The notes below the pieces were generated by a model that had not been told where the DNA came from, did no database searches, and was given only the letters and a program-made list of their open reading frames with translations. Below, one piece after another: positions 18,931 to 29,075 of a stretch of 64,000 nt of DNA. The stretch is from Escherichia phage phiAPCEc03. The stretch lies in sequence record NC_047754.1; one strand, given 5' to 3'. The position numbers and the translations under genes were made by a program. How positions within the stretch are numbered: position 1 is the stretch's first letter; each line of letters opens with the position of its first letter.

Positions 18931-21776
18931 AAAAAATACTAGATAGTGCTAGAAACTACTTAAAAAATAATAGCAGAATAAAAACTGCTAGTCTAATTTC
19001 CCTAGAATTACCTGGCTCTACTGGTACTAGTACTGCTTTTATTTATTTAACTGATTATTTTAGAGATGTACTATATAATGGTATTTTGTACCAGGCCGGT
19101 AAGGTTAAGTCCATTAGCACACATAAACAAAATAGAGATTTATCTATTGGCAGTCTATCTTTTACTATTACAGGTACAGCGCAGGATGAAGTACTAAAAC
19201 TAGTGCAAAATGGTGTATCCTTCTTAGATAGAACCGTATCAATTCATCAAGCAATTATTACTGAAGATGGTTCTATTCTACCAGTAGACCCCGATACAAA
19301 TGGTCCTTTACTATATTTTAGAGGGAGGATTACTGGAGGGGGTATTAAAGATAACATTAGTACCTCTGGAGTAGGAACCTCTACAATTACCTGGAATTGT
19401 TCTAACCAATTCTATGACTTTGATAGAGTTAATGGTAGATATACTGATGACGCTTCCCATAGGGGGCTTGAAGTTGTAGCTGGACAGTTAGTACCATCTA
19501 ATGGTGCTAAAAGACCAGAGTATCAAGAAGACTACGGCTTCTTCCACTCTAATAAAAGTATCTCTATCCTAGCAAAATATCAGGTTCAAGAAGAAAGATA
19601 CAAGCTAAAATCAAAGAAAAAATTATTTGGTTTATCTAGAAGCTACAGCCTTAAAAAATACTATGAAACTGTCACTAAGGAAGTGGATATAGATTTTAAC
19701 CTTGCTGCTAAATACATACCGGTGGTTTATGGAGTTCAAAAAATTCCTGGAATACCCATTTTTGCTGATACAGAACTACACAATCCCAACATAGTTTATG
19801 TCGTATACGCCTTTGCTGAGGGGGAGATTGATGGTTTTCTTGATTTCTCCTTTGGTGATAACCCTATGATCTGCGTAGATGCTAATGACAGCTCCGCTAG
19901 AACCTGCTTTGGTACTAAAAAAATAGCAGGAGATACAATGCAGAGGATAGCATCTGGAACCTCTTCTAGTAGTCCATCCGTCCATGGTCAAGAGTATAAG
20001 TATAATGATGGAAATGGTGACATAAGGATTTGGACTTATCACGGAAAATCTGATCAAACAGCCTCTGAAGTACTAGTAGATATAGCTAAAGAACGTGGAT
20101 TCTACCTTCAGAATATGAATGGCAATGGGCCGGAGTACTGGGATGCTAGATATAAGCTACTAGATACTGCATACGCAGTGGTGCGCTTCACTATTAATGA
20201 AAATAGGACTGAGATTCCAGAAGTTAGTGCTGAAATTCAAGGTAAAAAAGTAAAAGTCTATCATTCTGATGGTAGAGTAACTGCTAATAGTACTAGTTTA
20301 AATGGTATTTGGCAAACACTTGATTACTTAACCTCTGATAGATATGGCGCTAATATTACCATTGATCAGTTCCCCCTTCAGCAATTAATACAGGAAGCAT
20401 CTATTTTAGATATTATAGATGAATCCTATCAGGTATCTTGGCAGCCATATTGGAGATACGTTGGGTGGACTGATCCACTAGCAGAAAATAGACAAATAGT
20501 ACAAATGAATACTATTCTGGATACATCTGAATCAGTATTTAAAAATGTGCAAGGTTTGTTAGAGTCCTATGGTGGGGCTATTAACAATTTATCTGGCCAG
20601 TATAGGGTTACTGTAGAAAAATACTCTAATACTCCCTTAGAGATTAATTTTCTAGATACTTACGGTGATTTGGAGCTATCAGATACTACTGGTAGAAATA
20701 AATTCAACTCAGTTCAAGCATCTATCGTAGATCCCGCCCTTAGCTGGAAAACTAATTCTATTACATTCTATAATTCCAAGTATAAGGAACAGGACAAGAA
20801 CCTAGATAAAAAATTACAACTATCTTTTGCTAATATTACTAACTACTATACTGCAAGAAGTTTTGCGGATAGAGAACTTAAGAAATCCAGATACTCAAGA
20901 ACACTTTCTTTCTCATTACCATACCAGTTCATAGGGATTGAACCCAATGATGCTATTGCATTCACGTATGACCGTTACGGGTGGAACAGAAAGTATTTCC
21001 TAGTTGATGAGGTTGAAAACTCTAGAGAGGGTAAGATAAATGTTACCTTACAGGAGTATGGAGAGGATGTATTCATCAACTCTGAGCAGGTTGATAATAG
21101 CGGTAATGATATTCCTGATATTAGTAACAATGTCCTTCCTCCTAGAGACTTTAAATATACTCCTACTCCTGGCGGTTTAGTAGGCTCTATAGGTAAAAAT
21201 GGTGAGTTATCCTGGCTTCCGAGTCTAACCAATAATGTAGTTTACTACTCTATTGTGCACTCAGGCCATGCCGAACCTTACATAATACAACAGTTAGAGA
21301 CCAATCCTAACGAACGTATGATCCAAGAAATAATTGGGGAACCAGCAGGTCTGGCTATATTTGAGATAAGGGCAGTAGATATTAATGGTAGAAGAAGTTC
21401 CCCGGTGACTCTGTCTATAGAACTTAACTCTGCTAAAAACCTTAGTGTAGTATCTAATTTTAGGGTAACTAATACGGCCTCTGGGGATGTAACTGAGTTT
21501 GTCGGCCCAGATGTAAAACTAGCTTGGGATAGGATACCGGAAGAAGATATAATAGAGAGTATATTTTATACCCTTGAAATACACGATTCACAAAATAGGA
21601 TGTTAAGAAGTGTACGTATTGAAAATCAGTATACTTATGACTATTTATTAACGTATAATAAGGCAGATTTTGCTCTCCAGAACAGCGGTGCTCTAGGTAT
21701 AAATAGAAAATTGTATTTTCGTATTAGGGCTGAGGGGAATGATGGAGAACAGTCTGTGGAGTGGGCATCCATTTAA
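18927..21776 (+). CDS. baseplate hub protein (T5 pb3-like)
   Basis: 949 aa (same as T5 pb3); canonical position after distal tail protein. Confidence 0.75.
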   Translation: MKKILDSARNYLKNNSRIKTASLISLELPGSTGTSTAFIYLTDYFRDVLYNGILYQAGKVKSISTHKQNRDLSIGSLSFTITGTAQDEVLKLVQNGVSFLDRTVSIHQAIITEDGSILPVDPDTNGPLLYFRGRITGGGIKDNISTSGVGTSTITWNCSNQFYDFDRVNGRYTDDASHRGLEVVAGQLVPSNGAKRPEYQEDYGFFHSNKSISILAKYQVQEERYKLKSKKKLFGLSRSYSLKKYYETVTKEVDIDFNLAAKYIPVVYGVQKIPGIPIFADTELHNPNIVYVVYAFAEGEIDGFLDFSFGDNPMICVDANDSSARTCFGTKKIAGDTMQRIASGTSSSSPSVHGQEYKYNDGNGDIRIWTYHGKSDQTASEVLVDIAKERGFYLQNMNGNGPEYWDARYKLLDTAYAVVRFTINENRTEIPEVSAEIQGKKVKVYHSDGRVTANSTSLNGIWQTLDYLTSDRYGANITIDQFPLQQLIQEASILDIIDESYQVSWQPYWRYVGWTDPLAENRQIVQMNTILDTSESVFKNVQGLLESYGGAINNLSGQYRVTVEKYSNTPLEINFLDTYGDLELSDTTGRNKFNSVQASIVDPALSWKTNSITFYNSKYKEQDKNLDKKLQLSFANITNYYTARSFADRELKKSRYSRTLSFSLPYQFIGIEPNDAIAFTYDRYGWNRKYFLVDEVENSREGKINVTLQEYGEDVFINSEQVDNSGNDIPDISNNVLPPRDFKYTPTPGGLVGSIGKNGELSWLPSLTNNVVYYSIVHSGHAEPYIIQQLETNPNERMIQEIIGEPAGLAIFEIRAVDINGRRSSPVTLSIELNSAKNLSVVSNFRVTNTASGDVTEFVGPDVKLAWDRIPEEDIIESIFYTLEIHDSQNRMLRSVRIENQYTYDYLLTYNKADFALQNSGALGINRKLYFRIRAEGNDGEQSVEWASI

Positions 21777-23833
21777 TGATTTCAAATAATGCACCAGCCA
21801 AAATGGTCTTAAATAGTATAATGACTGGATATACTTTGGCTTATGTCCAGCACTCCATTTATACTGATTATGATGTTATTGGTAGATCTTTTTGGTTAAA
21901 AATAGGAGAAAGTATAGATAGACGTGATTACACCGGTATAGATACTTTCTTCGTAATGATTAATAATCTAACCCCCTCTACCTCCTATGAGATTCAGGGG
22001 GCTTTCTATGACTCAATTATTGACTCAGAGTTACTGGAAGCTAAGATTGGTATCAACCTCTCTAATGAAACTAATTTTAGAACAAAGGAAAAGCCAATAA
22101 TTGTTGCAGCAAGATCTGAATCAGAACCCGTCGACGTTGGTGTTGGTGCTCCAATAGTTGTTGTAGAGACTGCTGGTGAAGCTAGTTACTGCACTATTGA
22201 ATTAAAAAGTACTGCATCAGAAGACAGTGAATGGGTTAAGTATTATATAGGTGCGCTGGGACCTACTATCAAATTTGGTGGTGTTCCTGTTGGAGACTAT
22301 AAGATCAGAATATCTGGTCAAGTTACGATGCCAGATGGTGTTACAGTTGACTCATCTGGCTATTATGAATATCCTAGCGTTTTCACTGTAGCTTATAATT
22401 TCGTACCACCTACTGCACCTACTAACATTGCCTTTAAAACTGCACGAATCGCAGACGGTAAGGAACGATATGATGTTAGAATAGAATGGGACTGGGAACG
22501 TGGTGCTGGTGCTAATGTCCGTGAATTTCTGGTTACTTATATAAACTCTGAAGAATACGCTAAGACTGGTTGGGCTAAAGCTCAAAAGATAAACGTTGGG
22601 GCTGCTAGAGCTGCAACAATTATATCATTCCCATGGAAAGTTGAGCATACTTTTAAGGTATCATCAATTGCCTGGGGACCAAATAAGCAAGATATAACAG
22701 AATCAGCTCCTGTAACATTTATATTGAATGAAGATACTCCTCTAGACAACAGCTTTGTCAATGAGACGGGTATTGATGTTAATTATGCCTTTATTAAGGG
22801 CAGCATGAAAGATGGAGAAATCTGGAGACAGACATTCTTAATCGATGCAGCTACTGGTGCTATTAACATTGGTCTGCTAGATGAAGAAGGAAAAGCACCT
22901 ATTTCTTTTGACCCTATAAACCGTGTTGTTAACGTTGATGGTAAAGTAATTACTAGAGATATTAATGCTGCGAACTTTATCATGACTAACTTATCTGGTA
23001 AGGATAACCCAGCAATTTACACTCAAGGTAAATCTTGGGGGGATAATAACTCCGGTATTTGGATGGGTATGGATAATACCTCTGCCAAAGCTAAGTTAGA
23101 CATTGGTAATGCCACACAGTGGATTCGTTATGATGGTGATGTGCTACGTATTTCTAGTGGAGTAGTTATTGGAACTCCTAATGGCGATGTAGATCTTGGT
23201 ACTGGTATGCAAGGTAAGCAAACAGTATTTGTTTATAAGTTAGCAACATCTCTACCTGCTAAACCACTAGAACAAGATTATCCGCCTCCTGGTTGGTCAA
23301 AAACTCCACCTAACCGTACAGATATGACACAAAATATCTATGCCACTACAGGTACACTTGATCCCGTTACTAACAAACTTCTTGAAGGTACTAGCTGGTC
23401 TGATGTAGTTCAGTGGAGTGGTACTGAGGGTACTATAGGACATGATGGACAACGTGGTCCTGGGATGTACTCCTTAGGTATTCCTGGTCTTGGAGGCTGG
23501 GATGATGGACAAGCTAATGCCTTCTTCCAGAATAACTTTGGTAGTCCTCCTGTTAGATATGATGTATTAACCGAATTTAATAGTAATGCTCCACAATCAG
23601 CATTTACCAGACAATGGAATGGATCTGGGTGGGTGAACCCTGCAATGGTTCTTCATGGGAACATGATTGTTAATGGAACAGTGACGGCAGATAAAATTGT
23701 AGCAGGAAATGCTTTCTTGTCTCAAATTGGTGTTAATATCATTTATGATAGAAATGCTGCGTTATCCTGGAATCCTGAGGCATACTACAAGATGAAGATA
23801 GACCTAAATAGTGGGTATATCCATATAAGGTAA
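21761..23833 (+). CDS. central straight fibre / tail tip protein (T5 pb4-like)
   Basis: 690 aa; 16 nt overlap with hub gene; size close to T5 pb4. Confidence 0.65.
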   Translation: MGIHLMISNNAPAKMVLNSIMTGYTLAYVQHSIYTDYDVIGRSFWLKIGESIDRRDYTGIDTFFVMINNLTPSTSYEIQGAFYDSIIDSELLEAKIGINLSNETNFRTKEKPIIVAARSESEPVDVGVGAPIVVVETAGEASYCTIELKSTASEDSEWVKYYIGALGPTIKFGGVPVGDYKIRISGQVTMPDGVTVDSSGYYEYPSVFTVAYNFVPPTAPTNIAFKTARIADGKERYDVRIEWDWERGAGANVREFLVTYINSEEYAKTGWAKAQKINVGAARAATIISFPWKVEHTFKVSSIAWGPNKQDITESAPVTFILNEDTPLDNSFVNETGIDVNYAFIKGSMKDGEIWRQTFLIDAATGAINIGLLDEEGKAPISFDPINRVVNVDGKVITRDINAANFIMTNLSGKDNPAIYTQGKSWGDNNSGIWMGMDNTSAKAKLDIGNATQWIRYDGDVLRISSGVVIGTPNGDVDLGTGMQGKQTVFVYKLATSLPAKPLEQDYPPPGWSKTPPNRTDMTQNIYATTGTLDPVTNKLLEGTSWSDVVQWSGTEGTIGHDGQRGPGMYSLGIPGLGGWDDGQANAFFQNNFGSPPVRYDVLTEFNSNAPQSAFTRQWNGSGWVNPAMVLHGNMIVNGTVTADKIVAGNAFLSQIGVNIIYDRNAALSWNPEAYYKMKIDLNSGYIHIR

Positions 23834-23839
23834 TAAATA

Positions 23840-24262
23840 ATGAGTACTGAAAATAGAGTTATAGACTTAGTAATAGATGAGAAAGTACCTTATGGTCTAA
23901 TGATGCAATTCTTAGATGTTGATGATAGTACTTATCCCCCTACAAACACCCCTGTTAACTTAACAGGGTATTCTCTAAAGGGTACTATAAAGAATAGCCT
24001 TGATGAGAATGCGGAAACTTTGGCATCTTTTACTACTAAAATTATTGATGCTGCTCAAGGTGCTATAGCTATAAGTTTACCTGTAGAGGCGGTAGATAAT
24101 ATTGGTGAAAAAGCCACCAAAGAGAGAGATAAGTATAACCCTCGCCAACGTTTTGCAGGATACTATGATATAATTATGACACGAGATGTCATAGGATCAG
24201 CTATTAGCTCTTTTCGTATAATGGAGGGTAAAGTATTTATCAGTGATGGGGTAACTAGATAA
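23840..24262 (+). CDS. putative collar protein (T5 p132-like)
   Basis: 140 aa; immediately upstream of lateral tail fibre gene. Confidence 0.45.
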   Translation: MSTENRVIDLVIDEKVPYGLMMQFLDVDDSTYPPTNTPVNLTGYSLKGTIKNSLDENAETLASFTTKIIDAAQGAIAISLPVEAVDNIGEKATKERDKYNPRQRFAGYYDIIMTRDVIGSAISSFRIMEGKVFISDGVTR

Positions 24263-26709
24263 TGGCAATAACTACTAAGATTATTGTACAACAAATATTA
24301 AATATTGATGATACTAAAGCTACTGCTAGTAAATTTCCTAGATACACAGTAACTCTTGGAAACTCTATTAGCTCTATTACTGCTATAGAGTTAGTATCCT
24401 CTATAGAGGCCGCTGCTAAATCTGCTGCGGCTGCAAAAGATTCTGAAATAGCTGCTAAAACCTCAGAACTTAATGCTAAGAACTCTGAACAGGAAGCTGC
24501 TATTTCTGCTGGAGCTTCAGAAGCTTCTGCTAATCAGTCTGCTACCTCTGCTACTCAGTCCGCAGCGTCAGCCAATAAGTCTGCAGAATCCGCTGCCGCA
24601 GCTAAAATATCCGAGACTAATGCGAAGACTAGTGAAACTAATGCGAAGACTAGTGAAACTAACGCGAAGACTAGTGAAACTAATGCTGACGCATCAGCTG
24701 CTGCTGCAAAAATTAGTGAGACTAATGCAAAGGCAAGTGAGACTAATGCAGCTCAATCAGCTGCTGATGCAAAACTTAGCGAGGGTAACGCAAAGGTCAG
24801 TGAGACTAATGCAGCTCAATCAGCAGCTGATTCTAGCGGTTTTAGGAATGAGGCGGAAATATTTTCTGGGCAAGCTGCTGCATCGGCATCTGCGGCAAAA
24901 ATCTCTGAAACCAATGCAAAAACCTCGGAAACAAAAGCTAAGGCTAGTGAAACTAATGCTGCGGGATCTGCAACTTCTGCTAGCCAATCTGTAGCTACTA
25001 TTCAAGGACTTAAATCAGATGTCGAACAGTTAAAATCTGATACCCAGGACATTAAAAATAGTGCTATAACAGAGACAACAGCTTTAAAAGCGGATGTCGA
25101 ACAGTTAAAATCTGATACCCAGGCCATTAAAAATAGCGCTATAACAGAGACAACAGCTTTAAAAGCGGATGTTGAGCAACTAAAAACAGATACACAAGGT
25201 ATTAAGGATAGCGCGGTATCTGAGACAACAACTTTAAAAGATCAAGCTGCTGCTTCTGCTGCACAAGCAGGTAATAGTGCTGTTGAGGCCGGGCAACAAG
25301 CTAGCAATGCTGCTGGTAGTGCAAATAGCTCTAAAGTAGAAGCAGACCGTGCAAAGGCAGAAGCAGACCGTGCGGAAGTTGCAGCTAATAGGGATCCTGA
25401 TCTTCAACCATTCCCTGACGTATGGATTCCATTTAATGACTCGCTTGATATGCTCGCAGGTTATTCACCCGGCTATAAGAAAATAACAGTTGGTGAAGAT
25501 GTTATTACAATGCCTTCTGATAAGGTTGTTAGTTTCACGCGTGCGTCAAATGCAACATACATAAATAAGCATGGTGAATTTTGTATTGCTAATATCGATG
25601 AACCCAGATTTGAAAAGCAAGGACTCTTGATTGAAGGCCAGAGGACAAATCACATTACTTTCAGTAATGACCCCGCTTCACTAAATACAGATAAGCACCG
25701 TAGTGATGTTACTTATAATGTTGATAAGTATGGTTTTGCATATGCAACGGCTACAGCTAACGAAAATTCACATGGTGAGTACCCTTCATTATTTTATTGT
25801 AAAACCGTGAATGCAATCAACTGTCAGCAAAATGAATATGTTTCTTTATCTATACGAGTAAAGGCAAACTCGGATATCTATATCACCCCACAATTTTATT
25901 TAGTAGGTAAGGATGGAGGTCTTATTCTCGGTGCTAGATCTTTCATAAGTTGCGAAACCGGCGAAGTTTCTTCTGTAGTAGAAGGGAGGGGGACTATAGC
26001 ACATAGAATATATAGAGAAGACAACGGATGGTTGAAAGTTGAAGCTATGTGTAAATTTGTAGAACGTGGAGGTAGTTCTATTGGATCTGTAAATTATTGT
26101 CGGAATAATGATCAACCTTCGCAAGTTGGGGATACAATATCATTTTGTACTCCGCAATTTGAAAAGGGTTTTTGTGCATCCTCCTTCATTATTACGGGAA
26201 GCACTCCTGCAACAAGGGCTCTGGATTATGTTACTATACCTGCAAGAAATAATTTCTCAGGGACGAATATTTCATTCCTTGCTGAGGTAAGTATCAACTG
26301 GAATAGCTTTCAATTAGATAATATATACCCAATGATAGTGGATAACAACCACTACTTCGTAAGAGGAAAAGCATTTGTTGCGGAATTTGACAGAACCTCC
26401 GTTACACCTTACACGTATGTGGTAACTGAGGATGGATCAACTATTCTGTCCAGAGGTTATTCATTTGAAAAACAATTTTCTCCACATGTATTTGGTTTTA
26501 TTCTCAGTGGCGATGTAGAGGTCACCTCGTTTGTTAATGGTAATAGTGGTGAGACCTCACACGGTTCTACCTGGAAAGGAACGGACTCGGACGCACTAGT
26601 AGAAATAGGCGGTAGACTTTCAGATTCAACTAAATTGTATGGTCATATTCGTAACCTTAGAATATGGAATAGAGTATTAACAGATAGTCAAATGCGGGAG
26701 AAAGTTTAA
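24262..26709 (+). CDS. lateral tail fibre protein A (repeat-rich shaft, C-terminal LamG/concanavalin-like lectin-type domain)
   Basis: 815 aa; N-terminal half made of SETNAK and 25-aa DVEQLKSDTQxIKNSAITETTALKA repeats; C-terminal domain ends ...LYGHIRNLRIWNRVLTDSQMREKV, resembling the characteristic C-terminal strand of LamG-type domains. Confidence 0.7.
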   Translation: MAITTKIIVQQILNIDDTKATASKFPRYTVTLGNSISSITAIELVSSIEAAAKSAAAAKDSEIAAKTSELNAKNSEQEAAISAGASEASANQSATSATQSAASANKSAESAAAAKISETNAKTSETNAKTSETNAKTSETNADASAAAAKISETNAKASETNAAQSAADAKLSEGNAKVSETNAAQSAADSSGFRNEAEIFSGQAAASASAAKISETNAKTSETKAKASETNAAGSATSASQSVATIQGLKSDVEQLKSDTQDIKNSAITETTALKADVEQLKSDTQAIKNSAITETTALKADVEQLKTDTQGIKDSAVSETTTLKDQAAASAAQAGNSAVEAGQQASNAAGSANSSKVEADRAKAEADRAEVAANRDPDLQPFPDVWIPFNDSLDMLAGYSPGYKKITVGEDVITMPSDKVVSFTRASNATYINKHGEFCIANIDEPRFEKQGLLIEGQRTNHITFSNDPASLNTDKHRSDVTYNVDKYGFAYATATANENSHGEYPSLFYCKTVNAINCQQNEYVSLSIRVKANSDIYITPQFYLVGKDGGLILGARSFISCETGEVSSVVEGRGTIAHRIYREDNGWLKVEAMCKFVERGGSSIGSVNYCRNNDQPSQVGDTISFCTPQFEKGFCASSFIITGSTPATRALDYVTIPARNNFSGTNISFLAEVSINWNSFQLDNIYPMIVDNNHYFVRGKAFVAEFDRTSVTPYTYVVTEDGSTILSRGYSFEKQFSPHVFGFILSGDVEVTSFVNGNSGETSHGSTWKGTDSDALVEIGGRLSDSTKLYGHIRNLRIWNRVLTDSQMREKV
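24616..24678 (+). repeat. 21 bp tandem repeat x3 inside fibre gene
   Basis: actaatgcgaagactagtgaa repeated three times (third copy one mismatch), encoding TNAKTSE units. Confidence 0.8.
25018..25242 (+). repeat. 75 bp tandem repeat x3 inside fibre gene
   Basis: Unit starting gatgtcgaacagttaaaatctgatacccagg recurs at 25018, 25093, 25168 with increasing divergence. Confidence 0.8.
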
Positions 26710-26973
26710 GTGAAAGATATTAATTTACAATTCAAGGATGAAAAACATTATCTGGATGTTGTCGTTGATAGTGGGTGGCTTAAGACAAACTACGGTAACG
26801 TGTTTATAGATGAAATTGGTTTTATCCCTGTGGTAGACGACCCTAAAAGTAAAACCCCTGCTATTATTGGTAAAGAAGGTTATTACATAAATATAAGGGT
26901 AGGAGATAATATAGACTTGTCAGACATCGAACAATTCATTATTAAGAATCCCGATGTACGCAAATGGGCATAA
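26710..26973 (+). CDS. hypothetical small protein between the two fibre genes (GTG start)
   Basis: 87 aa ORF starting at GTG directly after the fibre A stop; no recognisable motif. Confidence 0.3.
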   Translation: MKDINLQFKDEKHYLDVVVDSGWLKTNYGNVFIDEIGFIPVVDDPKSKTPAIIGKEGYYINIRVGDNIDLSDIEQFIIKNPDVRKWA

Positions 26974-26983
26974 GAGGTGATCA

Positions 26984-28726
26984 ATGACTACTTATACTAA
27001 TATCCCCCAGGATATTACAAAACTTAAAGACGAAAAGATGGATAAAAACAACAATTTATCCGATCTTGCAGACCGTGCAGCAGCATGGTTAAATGTGCGT
27101 CCTATTGGGTCCACCCCTCTTGCGGGGGATCCTGTTGGGGACTATGATGCCGCAACTAAACGTTGGGTAGAGAATAAGATTAACACCGGTACAGTCGGTC
27201 CCACTATGAATGGTGTTATGAATTACGGTGTTGGTGATTTCCACCTTCGAGATAGTCGTGCGTATATCCAGCCGTACGAGGTGGTTTCTGATGGTCAGCT
27301 TCTTAACAGGGCTGACTGGCCGGAGCTTTGGGCATACGCTCAAAGGGTTGGTGTTATAGAGGATTCGGTATGGTTAGCTTATAAATTCCAGCGTGGAAAA
27401 TACTCTAATGGTGACGGAGCAACAACTTTTCGTGTTCCAGATAAGAATGGGGTGCAGGAGGGATCAATACGTGCTCTTTATGGCCGTGGAGATGGCGGGA
27501 ATAGTGGTGCAAATGGGCAACTGTTCGAATCCGCTGCGCCTAATATTACAGGCTTTTTCACCACATATTCCGCTCAAACTTACGGCCAGGTATTAGGTAT
27601 GACAGGTGGTTCTTTTACCACAAGTAATAAAATATTTCCGGAAGGAAAAGGAGACGGTATACCCCCAGGCACAGCGCCGCTCGCTGGGCGTTATAATACC
27701 TGCGACTTCAATGCCTCAATGTCAAGTCCGATTTACGGGGCATCAACTGATGAGATTCTTACACGAAACTTTGTCGGCGTGTGGGTAATACGGGCGTCCG
27801 GTGGTTTCGTTGCGGCAAATACATCATGGAGTGTAATAAACGCTGATGCTGCCAAACCTCCTACTGGTACAGTTGTAAGGGGTGGTAGTGTGAAGTCAGA
27901 ATACAAGATTGGCACAACTACTACGCATCAAGCATATCTGCAATCTTACGGAAAGATTGATGGATTGACGTCTGAACAAGGTGCAGTTATATCAAACGGG
28001 GTTCAAGAGTGGTCATTTAATCAAGCTGGGACTTTGTACTTCCCAAGCGCAGAAACTCAAATTGGCACGCTAAGGTCTGATGGCGCGCTACAGGTTAACG
28101 CATACGTACGAGCAAAAGACTTCGTTGCACAGCCATTAAACTCTGTTGGAGTTGCCGCTATAGAAAGAAACGCCATCAGAATGATTAACTACGCGAATGT
28201 GTCAGAAGGGTATTATGTAAACACTATAAGCGGCGATTGGTACGATGGAAGCTGGATATTTGGTGGTATTCGCTCCGGTAATAGGTTGTTAGATAGGGTA
28301 CAGCTTAATGTCTATAACGGAATCGGAGGAGCTGCATCTTATATTTTTGGGACGGATGGTATAGCAAAAGGTCAAGAATGGAGAAACTTATCCGACAAAC
28401 GCATTAAAAGTAATATTGAGCGTATAAACGATCCACTATCTAAGATGCGAAACATTAAAGGGGTTAAATGGGTACTAGAAACAAACGGCTCAGTTGGGTA
28501 TGGATTTATTGCTCAGGATGTAGAGAAAGACTTTCCTGAAGCAGTATCTGAAACTCAGTCATCACCTGTTACTCTGCGCGACGGTTCGACGTTGGATAAC
28601 ATAAAATCTGTTAATATGCCAGGTGTAGCAGCTGCACTGCACCACGAGGCGATACTTGCTTTGATGGAAAAGGTGGAGAACCTAGAAGCAGAATTAGCTG
28701 CATTAAAAGAAGCGAATGGTTCCTAA
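26984..28726 (+). CDS. lateral tail fibre protein B (phage tail-collar-type N-terminal domain, C-terminal intramolecular chaperone/peptidase S74 domain)
   Basis: 580 aa; N-terminal region has collar-domain pattern (GQLLNRADWPELWAYAQ...GDGATTFRVPDKNG); C-terminal ~120 aa (LSDKRIKSNIERINDP...GVKWVLETNGSVGYGFIAQDVEKDFPEAV...LEAELAALKEANGS) matches auto-cleaving chaperone domains of fibres and tailspikes; SD AGAGGTG. Confidence 0.7.
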   Translation: MTTYTNIPQDITKLKDEKMDKNNNLSDLADRAAAWLNVRPIGSTPLAGDPVGDYDAATKRWVENKINTGTVGPTMNGVMNYGVGDFHLRDSRAYIQPYEVVSDGQLLNRADWPELWAYAQRVGVIEDSVWLAYKFQRGKYSNGDGATTFRVPDKNGVQEGSIRALYGRGDGGNSGANGQLFESAAPNITGFFTTYSAQTYGQVLGMTGGSFTTSNKIFPEGKGDGIPPGTAPLAGRYNTCDFNASMSSPIYGASTDEILTRNFVGVWVIRASGGFVAANTSWSVINADAAKPPTGTVVRGGSVKSEYKIGTTTTHQAYLQSYGKIDGLTSEQGAVISNGVQEWSFNQAGTLYFPSAETQIGTLRSDGALQVNAYVRAKDFVAQPLNSVGVAAIERNAIRMINYANVSEGYYVNTISGDWYDGSWIFGGIRSGNRLLDRVQLNVYNGIGGAASYIFGTDGIAKGQEWRNLSDKRIKSNIERINDPLSKMRNIKGVKWVLETNGSVGYGFIAQDVEKDFPEAVSETQSSPVTLRDGSTLDNIKSVNMPGVAAALHHEAILALMEKVENLEAELAALKEANGS

Positions 28727-28813
28727 CAAATTTGAGCAAGAATTAATCGAACTGAAAAACTTGTGAACCAGCTCAATAATCCAGATAGATAATTATATAC
28801 GCATAGTAAAAAG

Positions 28814-28844
28814 AAACCCCAGTGGACAAAATCCGCTGGGGTTT
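28814..28844. terminator. bidirectional intrinsic terminator at late/early module boundary
   Basis: Hairpin AAACCCCAG-tggacaaaatccg-CTGGGGTTT flanked by A-run and T-run; lies between convergent gene blocks. Confidence 0.7.
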
Positions 28845-28849
28845 TTATA

Positions 28850-29059
28850 TTACTTGCTTCTACAACCTTCTATAATACCAAGATTATAGATAGTTAATAG
28901 TATTTTTAAATGCTCATTATCAGTATTAGTACAAAATTCTACAAAACCTTCAGGATCCCAGAAAGTAACATTACCTTCTTTATCTGTTTTTAGCACAAAC
29001 GTTTCTGGTTTAGTAGTTTTAATCTGATAAGCTGACATACTAGTATCAATACCTACCAT
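28850..29059 (-). CDS. hypothetical protein
   Basis: ORF track gives 28850..29113 (87 aa) overlapping dUTPase; internal Met at 29059 (MVGIDTS...) avoids overlap. Confidence 0.35.
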   Translation of the reverse strand: MVGIDTSMSAYQIKTTKPETFVLKTDKEGNVTFWDPEGFVEFCTNTDNEHLKILLTIYNLGIIEGCRSK

Positions 29060-29075
29060 ATTAGGATCACTAAAA

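Noticed and set aside
24473-24994. 173 aa alternative-frame ORF within the fibre repeat region
   Set aside because: Arises from the repetitive A/T/G-rich repeat DNA; Leu/Arg/Lys-rich low-complexity product; same strand overlap with a strongly supported fibre gene.
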